Assembly (NCBI GenBank): GCA_964633505.1
Contig: CAZWHC010000002.1
Location: forward strand, 55,002 to 119,001
DNA: 64,000 bases
Direction: 5' to 3'
Source of the DNA: an uncultured Rikenellaceae bacterium
GTDB taxonomy: Bacteria; Bacteroidota; Bacteroidia; Bacteroidales; VadinHA17
This document shows positions 50,763-61,394 of this stretch, piece after piece. The first letter of the stretch is position 1. Each line of letters begins with the position of its first letter. Below the pieces are notes generated by a model. That model was not told the origin of the DNA. It saw only the letters and a list, made by a program, of their open reading frames with translations, and searched no databases. A program made the translations under genes and the position numbers.

Positions 50763-51095
50763 ATGACAAAATTCAGTTGGAAGCCCCGGTATCTGGTATT
50801 GCTGATCACAATAATATCCTCAGTGGTTCTTTATTATTTAAGCTACCTTATAACCCATGCCTTAGTGTATTCGTCCTTTTCAAAACTTCTTGTCAGAGTT
50901 TTTTCAATAATGGACTATTTTTCCTATGTCATTGGTATGGATATAATAATTCTGGCAATTCTGAGCCTTCATTTAATGACAACCAGTAAACTCAGGGGTA
51001 GAACTGAGCTTTACAGGGGATTTCTGTACTCCTTTATTTATGTGATCATTCTGGCTGTAATTTATTCACTGATGTGGATTTTCGGGAAGTTTTAA
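50763..51095 (+). CDS. small membrane protein
   Basis: 110 aa, 3 hydrophobic helices. Confidence 0.55.
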   Translation: MTKFSWKPRYLVLLITIISSVVLYYLSYLITHALVYSSFSKLLVRVFSIMDYFSYVIGMDIIILAILSLHLMTTSKLRGRTELYRGFLYSFIYVIILAVIYSLMWIFGKF

Positions 51096-51106
51096 GATTC
51101 CTGAAT

Positions 51107-51760
51107 TTAAGCTTCTCCTTCCCATTCTTTATAGAACCGTTCAAGGAACTGTTCCATATAGCGATGCCTGCCTTCCGCTATCCTTTTGGCAGTGGTTGTA
51201 TTCATAAGGTCCTTCAGCAGAAGCAATTTTTCATAAAAATGGTTTATTACCGAACCGGTCCCGTTTTTATATCTTTCAAAAGTATCATGCATCTCCGGCT
51301 TTGTTTCGGGATTGTGGATTTCCCTGTTCTTATAGCCACCGTATGCAAATGTCCTGGCAATTCCTATGGCTCCAATAGCATCGAGCCTGTCGGCATCCTG
51401 AACAACCATCCCCTCCGTGGTCCTCATGGGAGTCTTTACCCCTGCACCTTTGAATGAAATGTCTTTAATGATCTCACACACGTGAGAAACAACCGCCTCA
51501 TCAACATTCATTTTTTCAAGCCATTCCCTTGCAAGACGCGGACCGGCTTCAACATCACCGTCATTTAATTTCCAGTCCGAAATATCATGAAGCAATGCCG
51601 CAAGCTGAACAACCTTAATATCCGCCTTTTCATGTCCTGCAATATAAACGGCATTCTTCCATACACGATAAATATGCCACCAGTCGTGGCCGGAACCTTC
51701 ACCCGAAAATTTCTCCCTTATGTATTCAGCTGTTTTTTCAATAATAATGTCTTCATTCAT
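51107..51760 (-). CDS. HD-domain phosphohydrolase (YedJ-like)
   Basis: GHDWWHIYRV, LLHDI, VQDADRLDAIGAIGIARTF. Confidence 0.92.
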   Translation of the reverse strand: MNEDIIIEKTAEYIREKFSGEGSGHDWWHIYRVWKNAVYIAGHEKADIKVVQLAALLHDISDWKLNDGDVEAGPRLAREWLEKMNVDEAVVSHVCEIIKDISFKGAGVKTPMRTTEGMVVQDADRLDAIGAIGIARTFAYGGYKNREIHNPETKPEMHDTFERYKNGTGSVINHFYEKLLLLKDLMNTTTAKRIAEGRHRYMEQFLERFYKEWEGEA

Positions 51761-51784
51761 AACAGGTCGGAAATTAAAGTTCTG

Positions 51785-53038
51785 TCATCCCTGGCTTCTG
51801 CTGATATCATAAACAAAGATCTTATCGGCATGCCTAATATACAAACGCTTATCGCAGACAACAGGATGTGCCCAGTACATGCCTTTCCCTCCCGAAGGGA
51901 GTCTGAACTCGCCGGCAACCTCATATTTGTCAGGGACAGCCCTTACAAGTCTCATGGTTCCCCTCTGATCAAGAGTGTAAAGCATTCCGTCGGCATAAGT
52001 CAGGCAGCCCTCGTCATTTCCGGCTTTCCATTTCTGCGCACCAGTCATAAAGTCGAGACAGAACCATCCCCTCGATCTGCTTCCTGAACCATAAATATAT
52101 CCGTTATGAAGAATTACACCGCCATGATGGTTGTCCATGATATCTGACTGCCATACTTTTTCAGGTTTGACCGAGGGTCCTGATGCATTCAGCTTATAAA
52201 GCATGCTTCCGAATCCGTAGCCACTGGTAATGAAGACATAACCATTATGGAACACCGCATCCGGTATGTTGCATGCCTGCTTATTTACCACTTCCACCGA
52301 CCACAGGAGTCTGCCTGTCTTTGTATCAATTCCAAAATAGCTGTTTGAACTCCCGCCCAGAAGCTGGCGATAACCGCCATGATCGGCTACCACTGGCGAA
52401 GTATAAGATTCGATACCTGTGATCTGCGTGTTTGACCAGATCAACTTTCCTGTCCTTTTATCGAGGCATACCTGATGCCCTTTTTTCCCTGCCGGCCTGA
52501 CATATAAGCTATTACCATCGATCATCACTGATTCGGCGTATCCATATTCTGTCGGAGAGGCCTCGTATACCGCGGGAAGGTCGGCCTGCCACATTACTTT
52601 TCCTGTTTTAGCTTCAAAAGCTGTCAGAAGACCCATTTCACCTAAAAAATATACAACTCCGTTATCATAAGTCGGAGTGCTTCGGGGTCCGACATATGAG
52701 CTTGCCCAGGATGCTGTTGTTGACCATTTTGAGCCTGATGGTTTCTTCCAGACCGGTTTCCCTCTGAGGTCAAATGCAAAGACATACGGCACATTGTTAT
52801 CAAGTCCGGCTGTAAAGATCATTCCGTCTGCAATTGAAACGGAACTGAATCCTTCACCCAGGCCATTAATAGTCATTAAGAGTTTCGGTCCCCCTGCCGG
52901 CCAATGTTGTGCAAGGCCGGTTTCCTTTGATTTATTTGTGCGGTCCGGTCCGTGGAAACATGTCCAGCTTGCCTGCCCTGACGCGGCGTTGTAAACAACA
53001 GTCAATGCTATTGCCGTGAAAATTAATCCTTTCCTCAT
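51785..53038 (-). CDS. PQQ-binding-like beta-propeller repeat protein
   Basis: FHGPDRTN, GKVMW/GKLIW repeats, WAHPVVCDKRLYIR. Confidence 0.9.
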   Translation of the reverse strand: MRKGLIFTAIALTVVYNAASGQASWTCFHGPDRTNKSKETGLAQHWPAGGPKLLMTINGLGEGFSSVSIADGMIFTAGLDNNVPYVFAFDLRGKPVWKKPSGSKWSTTASWASSYVGPRSTPTYDNGVVYFLGEMGLLTAFEAKTGKVMWQADLPAVYEASPTEYGYAESVMIDGNSLYVRPAGKKGHQVCLDKRTGKLIWSNTQITGIESYTSPVVADHGGYRQLLGGSSNSYFGIDTKTGRLLWSVEVVNKQACNIPDAVFHNGYVFITSGYGFGSMLYKLNASGPSVKPEKVWQSDIMDNHHGGVILHNGYIYGSGSRSRGWFCLDFMTGAQKWKAGNDEGCLTYADGMLYTLDQRGTMRLVRAVPDKYEVAGEFRLPSGGKGMYWAHPVVCDKRLYIRHADKIFVYDISRSQG

Positions 53039-53196
53039 TTTATTTTTAATGATTTAACTTTCCTTGTTTTCAGGGCAAAATAATGAATAAAGATAAATAC
53101 TGCAACACCGGGCCTGCCCCTGACTGACTTATATTAATTTTGTAACTTACATGCCGGGGAGTAAATAATACTTACTGCCTTAAAAATTCTAAGATT

Positions 53197-53403
53197 ATGG
53201 CTGCAGGTTCCGATGAAGGACATATAAACTGGAAAGGAGAATGGGTTCCGGGTGATTCTCCCTTTGACAGGGCAAATGAATATTCACTGAAACAAGATCT
53301 GATAAGGGAGTTATCTGACGTAACCGAAAAATATCATGGAAAGCTTCCTGACGAGATGATTGCCGAAGCAGCAATGAAAGTTGCCGGAAAATATGGGAAG
53401 TGA
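53197..53403 (+). CDS. small hypothetical protein
   Basis: 68-aa ORF with ATG after an AT-rich leader. Confidence 0.55.
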   Translation: MAAGSDEGHINWKGEWVPGDSPFDRANEYSLKQDLIRELSDVTEKYHGKLPDEMIAEAAMKVAGKYGK

Positions 53404-53450
53404 ACCTTTCCCGGATGACAGACCCTCTTTTCAGGATTTTTATGGGATCA

Positions 53451-54416
53451 TTACTGAATATCCAGTGAAGCAATCGATTCCCTTAAGATCCCCGCCGAAC
53501 GTTGTAACAGCTCTTTTTCATTTTCCGAGAGTGGACCATCGACTATTCTAACAATTCCCGTATCAGACACTACAGCCGGAAGGCTTAAACATACATTGCT
53601 GATCCCATATTCGCCCCGGAGCATTGTTGATACCGTAAGCACAGAATTCTGTCGTCGCAACACCGATGCAGTTATCTTTACAAGGGCAAGTCCGACAGCA
53701 AAATGTGTCGATCCCTTTGCATTAATAATATGATAGGCTGATTCACGGACCTTCTGTTCGATAGTAAGCCTCTCTTCCTTCCATCCTGCACATCCGCCGC
53801 AAAGAGGACAATATCTGTCAATCGGTATACCGCCTATATGTGTCATCGACCATGCCGCCACTTCACTGTCGCCATGTTCCCCGAGTATATATGCATGTAC
53901 ATTATGAACATCCACGTCGCAATGTCTGGCAATGAAATGCCTGAATCTGGCGCTGTCGAGAACTGTCCCCGAACCAATCACCCGGGCCGGATCCCATCCC
54001 GACCGTTTTATTGCAACCCAGGTAAGTACATCGACAGGATTGGTGACAATCAGCATTACTCCCTTTGATTTGTTCATTGCGACTTCTTCCGCGATGCTTC
54101 CGACTATGGAGGCGTTCTTCTTAAGGAGATCGAGCCTTGTCTCGCCGGGTTTCTGGGCCGACCCTGCAGTTATTACAACCAGGTTTGCATCACTGTAGTC
54201 GGTTGCAGATCCCTGACGAATGATGGCAGTTGGAAAAAATGGCTGCCCGTGTACAAGATCGGAGACCTGTCCTTCGGCAAGATCCGTATTCCTGTCAATA
54301 ATAACTATTTCGTCGGCCAGCCCGCTCTGAGCCAATGAGTAACAATATGTTGCCCCAACGGAGCCTGCTCCCACAACAACTACCTTTCTCCAATTCGTAT
54401 TATTTCCAGATTTCAT
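53451..54416 (-). CDS. ldh: L-lactate dehydrogenase
   Basis: VVGAGSVG, TAGSAQKPGETRLDL, TNPVD, GTVLDSARF, GEHGDS. Confidence 0.95.
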   Translation of the reverse strand: MKSGNNTNWRKVVVVGAGSVGATYCYSLAQSGLADEIVIIDRNTDLAEGQVSDLVHGQPFFPTAIIRQGSATDYSDANLVVITAGSAQKPGETRLDLLKKNASIVGSIAEEVAMNKSKGVMLIVTNPVDVLTWVAIKRSGWDPARVIGSGTVLDSARFRHFIARHCDVDVHNVHAYILGEHGDSEVAAWSMTHIGGIPIDRYCPLCGGCAGWKEERLTIEQKVRESAYHIINAKGSTHFAVGLALVKITASVLRRQNSVLTVSTMLRGEYGISNVCLSLPAVVSDTGIVRIVDGPLSENEKELLQRSAGILRESIASLDIQ

Positions 54417-54613
54417 TTCAATTATTTCGGGGTTCTGTTAATTAATTAACAATCGCCGTCAGGCGTTGTTCATTTTCTTACATCCTGAATTTAATTCCAA
54501 CATGAATCTGGAAAATCTGTTTCATTTATAATTTCACTTTCTGATTAAGTCAAAAATTCAGAATATCTTAGATTGGAAATAGGTTATTTTTTTGCCCCAT
54601 AACACAGTTTGAA

Positions 54614-56470
54614 ATGAAAAAAGATACAATCCTTCCCTTCCTCAAAGATATTGAGCTATTCAAAAATCTGGATGACAAGGAGTTTAAGGAACTGGCCCGG
54701 AGTATTAGGGAAAAACATTGTGAACCCGGGGAAATGCTTTTCAGCGAAAATAATCCGAGGGAAGATATTTTTATAATCCTCGATGGTAAGGTTGAATTAT
54801 ACAAGACCGATTCGTACGGTACAAAGATCAGGCTTGCACTCTTCGGGAAAGGTGATTTCCTTGGCGAGGGCATCCTTGATCCCGATTCGCTGCACTCGAC
54901 CTCTGCCAGGGCAGTGTCAAAGGCAATCCTTCTCGATGTAAGGAAAGATTTTCTCAATTATAATGCAGGAACGACACTGAAAGTCCTGTCAAACATAATT
55001 GGAATAGTTTCGAGGAGGATGCGCAATGCAAACAGCAGGATTATGAATACTGCGGCACAATATGTTTCGGGAAGGACACGTGTTGAAAGCGACCTTCTTG
55101 GACAGCGCGAAGTCCCATGGGAATCTTACTATGGTATACAGACTCTAAGGGCGGTTGAAAATTTCAATATAACAGGTATTACCCTGAATTTTTTCCCGAC
55201 CCTTATTGAAGCCCTGGCTACAGTTAAGGAAGCGGCTGCAGAAGCTAATTTCAGACTTGGTCTTCTTGATGAGTCAATAAAAGATGCAATTGTCCAGGCA
55301 TGCCAGGAGATCCGCTATGGGAAATTTCATAATCACTTTACAGTCGATATGATACAGGGAGGGGCCGGAACATCGACAAACATGAATGCCAATGAGGTGA
55401 TAGCGAACCGTGCCCTGAGGATACTTGGACACGACAGGGGAGAATACAAATACTGCCATCCCAACAACCACGTTAATCTGTCGCAATCGACAAATGATGC
55501 ATATCCGACTGCCGTTAAAATTGCATTGTTCAATTCAAACAGGAACCTTGTTGCGGTGCTTACAAAGCTTGTCGATTCATTTAAAAAGAAAGGGGAGGAG
55601 TTTGCTCATATAATCAAAATGGGAAGGACCCAGCTTCAGGATGCTGTGCCGATGACACTGGGCCAGGAATTTGAAGCATATTCAGTTACACTGTCCGAAG
55701 AAATCGAAAGGCTTAACCAGAATGCAATGCTGTTCCTCGAGATCAACATGGGAGCTACAGCAATAGGAACCGGCATAAATACAGTCCCGGGATATGCAGA
55801 GCTTGTTGTCAGATACCTGCGAAAGATTTCAGGCCTTAAGCTGTCCCTTTCATCCAACCTTGTTGAGGCTACACAGGATACCGGCGCTTTTGTAATGTAT
55901 TCATCTGCAGTTAAAAGGCTTGCAGTAAAGCTCTCAAAAATATGCAATGATCTCCGGCTTCTTTCGTCGGGACCAAGAGCAGGAATAAACGAGATAAACC
56001 TTCCTCCCATGCAGCCTGGTTCATCAATAATGCCGGGCAAAGTCAACCCTGTAATTCCTGAGGTCGTAAACCAGATAGCCTTCAAGGTTATTGGGAATGA
56101 CCTTTCCGTTACCATGGCTTCGGAAGCAGGGCAGCTCGAACTTAATGTTTTTGAACCTGTAATAGTCCATTCCATCTTCGAATCGGTCGAAATGCTTATA
56201 AACGGCATGAATACTCTGAGGTACCGATGTATCGAAGGGATTACTGCGAATGAGGAAAGATGCCGTGATCTGGTTCAGAACAGCATCGGGATTATCACAG
56301 CCCTTGTCCCATGGATTGGATATCAGGATCTTAATGACATTGCAAAGGATGCCCTTGAAAATAAAGAGAGCGTTTACTCTCTTGTACTCAAGAGAGGTCT
56401 TCTTTCGAAGGAAAAACTCGATCAGATCCTGGCACCGGAAAATATGATCAGGCCAGTGAAAATAAAATGA
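54614..56470 (+). CDS. aspA: aspartate ammonia-lyase with N-terminal cyclic-nucleotide-binding domain
   Basis: N-terminal ~150-aa cNMP domain (LFSEN, FIILDGKVEL, GDFLGE); aspartase motifs RVESDLLG, QGGAGTSTNMNANEV, GSSIMPGKVNPVIPE. Confidence 0.93.
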   Translation: MKKDTILPFLKDIELFKNLDDKEFKELARSIREKHCEPGEMLFSENNPREDIFIILDGKVELYKTDSYGTKIRLALFGKGDFLGEGILDPDSLHSTSARAVSKAILLDVRKDFLNYNAGTTLKVLSNIIGIVSRRMRNANSRIMNTAAQYVSGRTRVESDLLGQREVPWESYYGIQTLRAVENFNITGITLNFFPTLIEALATVKEAAAEANFRLGLLDESIKDAIVQACQEIRYGKFHNHFTVDMIQGGAGTSTNMNANEVIANRALRILGHDRGEYKYCHPNNHVNLSQSTNDAYPTAVKIALFNSNRNLVAVLTKLVDSFKKKGEEFAHIIKMGRTQLQDAVPMTLGQEFEAYSVTLSEEIERLNQNAMLFLEINMGATAIGTGINTVPGYAELVVRYLRKISGLKLSLSSNLVEATQDTGAFVMYSSAVKRLAVKLSKICNDLRLLSSGPRAGINEINLPPMQPGSSIMPGKVNPVIPEVVNQIAFKVIGNDLSVTMASEAGQLELNVFEPVIVHSIFESVEMLINGMNTLRYRCIEGITANEERCRDLVQNSIGIITALVPWIGYQDLNDIAKDALENKESVYSLVLKRGLLSKEKLDQILAPENMIRPVKIK

Positions 56471-56491
56471 GACTGATTGTCTGAATGGCAT

Positions 56492-58234
56492 TTACCTGTT
56501 GTAAAAATGCCCCTCTGCTTTTTGTCTTTTGGCGCTGCGTCTTTTTTCGGGATGTTTTGAAGACCTTTTTCCACGGAATTCACCTGCTCTGTCGTTTTTC
56601 GCTGATTTTTCCTGTGCCTTCTGAAGTACAAGCCTGCTATCCATATATTGCTTATTATGGAGCGTCTTTATAAGCATATCCGCATGGTCGGATCCGACTT
56701 CAAAAAAAGAGAAGTCCTTCATAAGGTCTATCTTTCCGATAGGTATCTGGGCGCCTCTTGTATTCTGGTTAATAAGATCTATTAACTGTTCGGGGTAGAA
56801 ACCGTCTGATTTCCCGCGATTTATAAATAACCTTGTATAATCACCTTCAAAACGGTCACGCGATCTTTTCCCGTTTTTACCTTCAGATCTCCCGGCTTTT
56901 TCGGGAACCGGTACGATAAGGTCCTCTCCATGACGGTAATCGTCGAGGAACCTTTCAAATTCGAGTGTGACAATTCTTCTTAGAAGCTCTTCCCTGTCGA
57001 GGTTTCCAAGTTTCTCCTTGATCTCAGGGATATATTTTTCTATCTCCTTATGGCCTGTTGTGACATTTTCAATCTTGCCGACCCAGTTGAAAAGTTGTTT
57101 CCCGCATATCTCCGTTCCTGTGGGGATCGGCAGTGATTTGAATGACTTTTTAATAAGACGTTCAATCTTGTTGAGGTTATTCTTTTCCTTGAGATGGACA
57201 AGGGCTATTGATATCCCTGTTTTTCCTGCCCGTCCTGTACGGCCCGACCTGTGGGTATAAACCTCGGGGTCGTCGGGAAGGCTGTAGTTTATCACATGTG
57301 TCAGATCGTCGACATCCAGGCCGCGGGCAGCCACATCGGTCGCTACAAGTATCTGGAGGTTCTTCTGACGGAATTTCTGCATCACGTTATCGCGCTGAGC
57401 CTGCGACAGATCGCCATGAAGAGCGTCGGCATCATACCCGTCGTTTATAAGGTTTGATGCTACTTCCTGTGTTTCTTTACGTGTACGGCAGAATACTATG
57501 CCATAAATGTCGGGTTCGAAATCAGCAATACGTTTCAGAACTTTGTATTTGTCCCTGGCATGTACAAGGTAATAATTGTGGCTTACATTTTCAGCCGAAG
57601 AGTTTTTAGTCCCGATAGTTATCTCTGACGGGCTGTTCATATATTTTCTTGCTATCGACCCTATTTCAGGCGACATTGTTGCTGAAAAGAGAAGCGTTCT
57701 TCTTCCTTCCGGAACTTCTTCGAGGATCTCATTTATGCTGTCGAGAAATCCCATATTGAGCATTTCATCAGCTTCATCAAGTACGACTGTATGTACATTG
57801 TTCAGCCTGGCAGCCCTTCTGCCTATCAGGTCGATAAGCCGGCCCGGGGTTGCAACTATTATATGTACGCCCTTCTTCAGTTCCCTGATCTGATTTTCGA
57901 TGCTCGAACCGCCATATACTGCAAGTATCCTCAGGTTGCCTGTATGCTTTGAGTAATCGGCAAGATCGCCTGTGATCTGAATGCAGAGTTCCCTCGTGGG
58001 ACAAAGTATGAGTGCCTGTGTGGAATTAATTTCAGGATTTGTCGACAGAACAAGCGGAAGACCGAAAGCTGCAGTCTTTCCTGTACCTGTTTGTGCAAGT
58101 GCAATAATATCGTTTTCTGTGCCAAGCATCAGGGGGATAACCTTCTCCTGTACGGGCATAGGATGTTCAAAACCAAGTTCCTTAATTGCTTTAAGGATGC
58201 CGGGAGTAAATCCCATTTCTTCAAATTGTATCAT
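56492..58234 (-). CDS. deaD: DEAD-box RNA helicase with DbpA-type RNA-binding C-terminus
   Basis: AQTGTGKT, PTREL, LDEADEM, SAT, HRSGRTGRAG; C-terminal RLFINRG...GKIDL...FSFFEV. Confidence 0.93.
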   Translation of the reverse strand: MIQFEEMGFTPGILKAIKELGFEHPMPVQEKVIPLMLGTENDIIALAQTGTGKTAAFGLPLVLSTNPEINSTQALILCPTRELCIQITGDLADYSKHTGNLRILAVYGGSSIENQIRELKKGVHIIVATPGRLIDLIGRRAARLNNVHTVVLDEADEMLNMGFLDSINEILEEVPEGRRTLLFSATMSPEIGSIARKYMNSPSEITIGTKNSSAENVSHNYYLVHARDKYKVLKRIADFEPDIYGIVFCRTRKETQEVASNLINDGYDADALHGDLSQAQRDNVMQKFRQKNLQILVATDVAARGLDVDDLTHVINYSLPDDPEVYTHRSGRTGRAGKTGISIALVHLKEKNNLNKIERLIKKSFKSLPIPTGTEICGKQLFNWVGKIENVTTGHKEIEKYIPEIKEKLGNLDREELLRRIVTLEFERFLDDYRHGEDLIVPVPEKAGRSEGKNGKRSRDRFEGDYTRLFINRGKSDGFYPEQLIDLINQNTRGAQIPIGKIDLMKDFSFFEVGSDHADMLIKTLHNKQYMDSRLVLQKAQEKSAKNDRAGEFRGKRSSKHPEKRRSAKRQKAEGHFYNR

Positions 58235-58358
58235 TTATTCTTTTTATGGTGCATATCCGGGAGCGATTTATTTAATATCCCGGCTGAAATGAACTCAAAT
58301 GCAGACTGGATTAAATGCGTGACTACGCTACTTGGAAATCACCTTGTTAATAAGGGCG

Positions 58359-58366
58359 CAAAGGTA
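58359..58366 (-). promoter_or_regulatory. Bacteroidota -7 promoter element (TACCTTTG) with ~120-nt leader before the DEAD-box helicase
   Basis: Reverse complement of CAAAGGTA. Confidence 0.55.
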
Positions 58367-58509
58367 ATAAAATAATCATGATAAAATAATCACCCACAAA
58401 ATATTAATTGGTTTCCCTTATTCCCCGGATGTTTTTTCTTAAAATCAGTTTTAAACATTATCTTTTAACCGTTGTTTAATGATATGTTATCAAATTTAAA
58501 CCCTCAAAT

Positions 58510-59437
58510 CATGCAGACAATACTGGGCGCCAGCGGAACAATTGGTAAACTGCTAGCAAGGGAACTTACGTCGTACACTGACAGGATAAGACTTGTATGC
58601 CGCAATCCCGTAAAAGTAAATGAAACTGATGATCTTTTTCCTGCCGATCTTTTTGAACCAGGCTCAGTTGACAGGGCTGTTGAAGGTTCTGATGTCGTTT
58701 ACCTTGTCGTAGGTCTTCAATATAAATTAAAAGTATGGGAAGAAGAATGGCCTGAACTGATGAGAGAAACAATTGAAGCATGTCTTAAGTACAATTCAAG
58801 GCTTGTCTTCTTCGATAATGTCTATATGTATGATAAGGATTTCATCTCTGATATGACCGAAGATACTCCTGTCAATCCGTCGAGCCGTAAGGGAGCAGTA
58901 AGAAAACATATAAATGAAATGCTTTTCAATGCCATTAATGAAAAAAATCTGAAAGCACTTATTGCCCGTTCTGCAGATTTTTACGGACCTGACAACAAAA
59001 ATAACTTCATAACACAAATGGTACTGAATAATTTAAACAAGGGCAAAAAAGCTATGTGGTTTGTCAGTGGAGATTTAAAGCATTCATTCACATATACCCC
59101 CGATGCTGCCAGGGCAACAGCATTACTCGGGAATACAACTGATGCATACGGACAGATCTGGCATTTGCCTACCGACAGCAGAAAGATCACAGGAAAAGAG
59201 ATAATCACAATGATAGCAAATGAGTTCGGAGCTGAACCCGGGATCACCATTCTCCCAAAATGGATGCTTCTGCTGCTGGGTATCTTTATACCTGTAATGC
59301 GTGAAATGCCTGAGATGATGTATCAGTACGACCGCGATTACTATTTTAACTCATCAAAATTCACTTCCCGTTTCGGCATTTCGGCCACTCCCTACGAAAC
59401 AGGGATTAAGGAAACATGCAAGTTATTCACTAAATAG
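58510..59437 (+). CDS. NAD-dependent epimerase/dehydratase family protein
   Basis: ILGASGTIG, DNVYMY, SRKG..R, ARSADFYGP; likely ATG at 58510. Confidence 0.9.
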
Positions 59438-59573
59438 TTGTAATTGATTACCAGTTTTTTGCAAAGCTTCTCTGTTAATTATTCTGTAGTAGACTTTCTT
59501 AAGTTGACTGCAATAAATACGTCGAATATTTTCAAATGTTCAAATACCTGGTTGAAGAATACCCTAAAATACT

Positions 59574-59615
59574 CCCGGGTGCGGTGATCTTATTGGAAGC
59601 GTAGCTGGTACTATT
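59574..59615 (+). repeat. 42-bp dispersed repeat, copy 1
   Basis: CCCGGGTGCGGTGATCTTATTGGAAGCGTAGCTGGTACTATT; 35/42 identical to 61620-61661. Confidence 0.75.
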
Positions 59616-59866
59616 GTAAATGAGATTCTACGTTTGAGCAGGCAGAACCGCCAGAGAACTCCAGACCCTCAACTTTCATTAATGACTTAATAAGCTTCAT
59701 TATCACAATAGTAATTTTTTATTTAACATCAGGTTATTATACACAGACCCAGTTATTTTTTTTAAGATATTTTATAATTTTATGTGTGAATCGATGATAA
59801 TCATACAATCGCTGAGGGATTCTTCGAAAACTCAACTTATTTATCCTATTAAAATTCAATTAGCAT

Positions 59867-61387
59867 ATGAATATAACAAGAATTATTTCCACAAAAACAG
59901 AACTTAGAAATGAAATCATATTATTACTTGAAAAAAGTTTTAACCTGGCGCACCACATTGCTGAAAGAAATTATGATGATTCATTATCGAGAAATTTTGA
60001 TCAACTAATTGATAGTATTTGGATTCTGATAGAGACACCATATATTGACAAGGTGTACAGAGACACTTACTATAATTACTTCTCTACTAAACTTGCCCGG
60101 TATGAAAGGGATTGCATAAGGCTTTCATTCTTTGACGGAGAAATCAGGAATGTGGATTTTCAGGATGAAACAAAGCTTGAGACTCTTCGAAAAAGATACC
60201 TGGGCTTTATGGTGCTTAGGCCAACAGATCCTCAGGTCCTCGGGCGAAGTGTAATTTCGAAAAATGCGTTGAAGGACAACAATTTTATTTGCACTAGCGC
60301 CGAAATTCCTGCTACTGTTAATTCTGTTAAATTTAAAATAAAGGGATTTCCCCACTCATCTCAGGATACTGAAATAACATCATGTGCTGAAACAACTCTC
60401 TGGGCTATCATGGAATACTTTGGTAATAAATACCCCGAGTACAAACCTGTATTACCATCTCAAATAATAAATGTTTTGAAACAGGTATCTACTGAAAGAC
60501 AGGTACCTTCGAATGGTTTGAATATTCAGCAGATAGCCTTTGCACTGAAAGAATTTGGATTCGGGACAAAAGTCTATTCAAAAGAAGTTTATGGGGGAAC
60601 ACTCTTTAAAAGGCTTTTTTCTACTTATATAGAGAGTGGAATACCAATAATCTCAGCTGTCGAGAACAGGCCCGTTGGAAATATCGGGCATGTTTTAATT
60701 TCAATAGGTCATGAAATTATTAAAGATAATCAGATTGACAATTTAATGCCCTCAGCTGAAATAGAACCAGGCATCCAAAACTTGTTAACAGCAAAAAATA
60801 TTATACTTTTTGATAACGATGATATTGATAAATCATTTGTATTGATCGATGATAACTGCCCTGCTTATCAGCTTGCCCATTTGAATAGCCCCACAATCCA
60901 TTATCCTGATCCTGCATGGCATAACTGTAAGATAACCTATTTTATAGTTCCATTATATCCTAAGATATACCTTGAAGCATTTAAAGCGAAAAACTTCTTC
61001 CTGGGAATTCTGTTTAATTGGTTCACGAATATCCCAAATTATTCGAATATTTTCATCAGGTTCTTTTTATGCTCAAGCAGGTCATTTAAGCACGAGCTTT
61101 CATTAAAAAGAGATTTTAATCAGGTTATTAAAGATCTTATACTTGAAACACAGATGCCAAAGTTCATCTGGATAGGTGAAATATCAACAAAAGAACTAAT
61201 AAAGAAAAAGCTTGCAAACGGATTGGTTATTATTGATGCAACTCAGACAAATGACCAATCTGTTAAAGTTGTGATATCTGCCGCTTATGAAGGAGTTTAT
61301 ATCTTTTATGATGTTGTAAGTAAGTGGATTAAAAAAAGTTTGTTACCTTTGGGGTCATTTTCTATATTTACAAACAACCTTAAATGA
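59867..61387 (+). CDS. uncharacterised papain/C39-peptidase-like protein
   Basis: 506 aa; SQD...SCAE..LW (oxyanion Gln and Cys), GHV...GH, IDDN; N-terminal E.PYID..Y..YY and YLGFMVLRP blocks. Confidence 0.65.
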   Translation: MNITRIISTKTELRNEIILLLEKSFNLAHHIAERNYDDSLSRNFDQLIDSIWILIETPYIDKVYRDTYYNYFSTKLARYERDCIRLSFFDGEIRNVDFQDETKLETLRKRYLGFMVLRPTDPQVLGRSVISKNALKDNNFICTSAEIPATVNSVKFKIKGFPHSSQDTEITSCAETTLWAIMEYFGNKYPEYKPVLPSQIINVLKQVSTERQVPSNGLNIQQIAFALKEFGFGTKVYSKEVYGGTLFKRLFSTYIESGIPIISAVENRPVGNIGHVLISIGHEIIKDNQIDNLMPSAEIEPGIQNLLTAKNIILFDNDDIDKSFVLIDDNCPAYQLAHLNSPTIHYPDPAWHNCKITYFIVPLYPKIYLEAFKAKNFFLGILFNWFTNIPNYSNIFIRFFLCSSRSFKHELSLKRDFNQVIKDLILETQMPKFIWIGEISTKELIKKKLANGLVIIDATQTNDQSVKVVISAAYEGVYIFYDVVSKWIKKSLLPLGSFSIFTNNLK

Positions 61388-61394
61388 CACCGGA

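Noticed and set aside
59611-59700. Minus-strand 29-codon frame containing SGGSACSNVESH, reminiscent of the cysteine desulfurase (IscS/DndA) SGSAC motif
   Set aside because: Too short, with an in-frame stop just upstream; similarity may be chance and needs a tBLASTx hit to be credible
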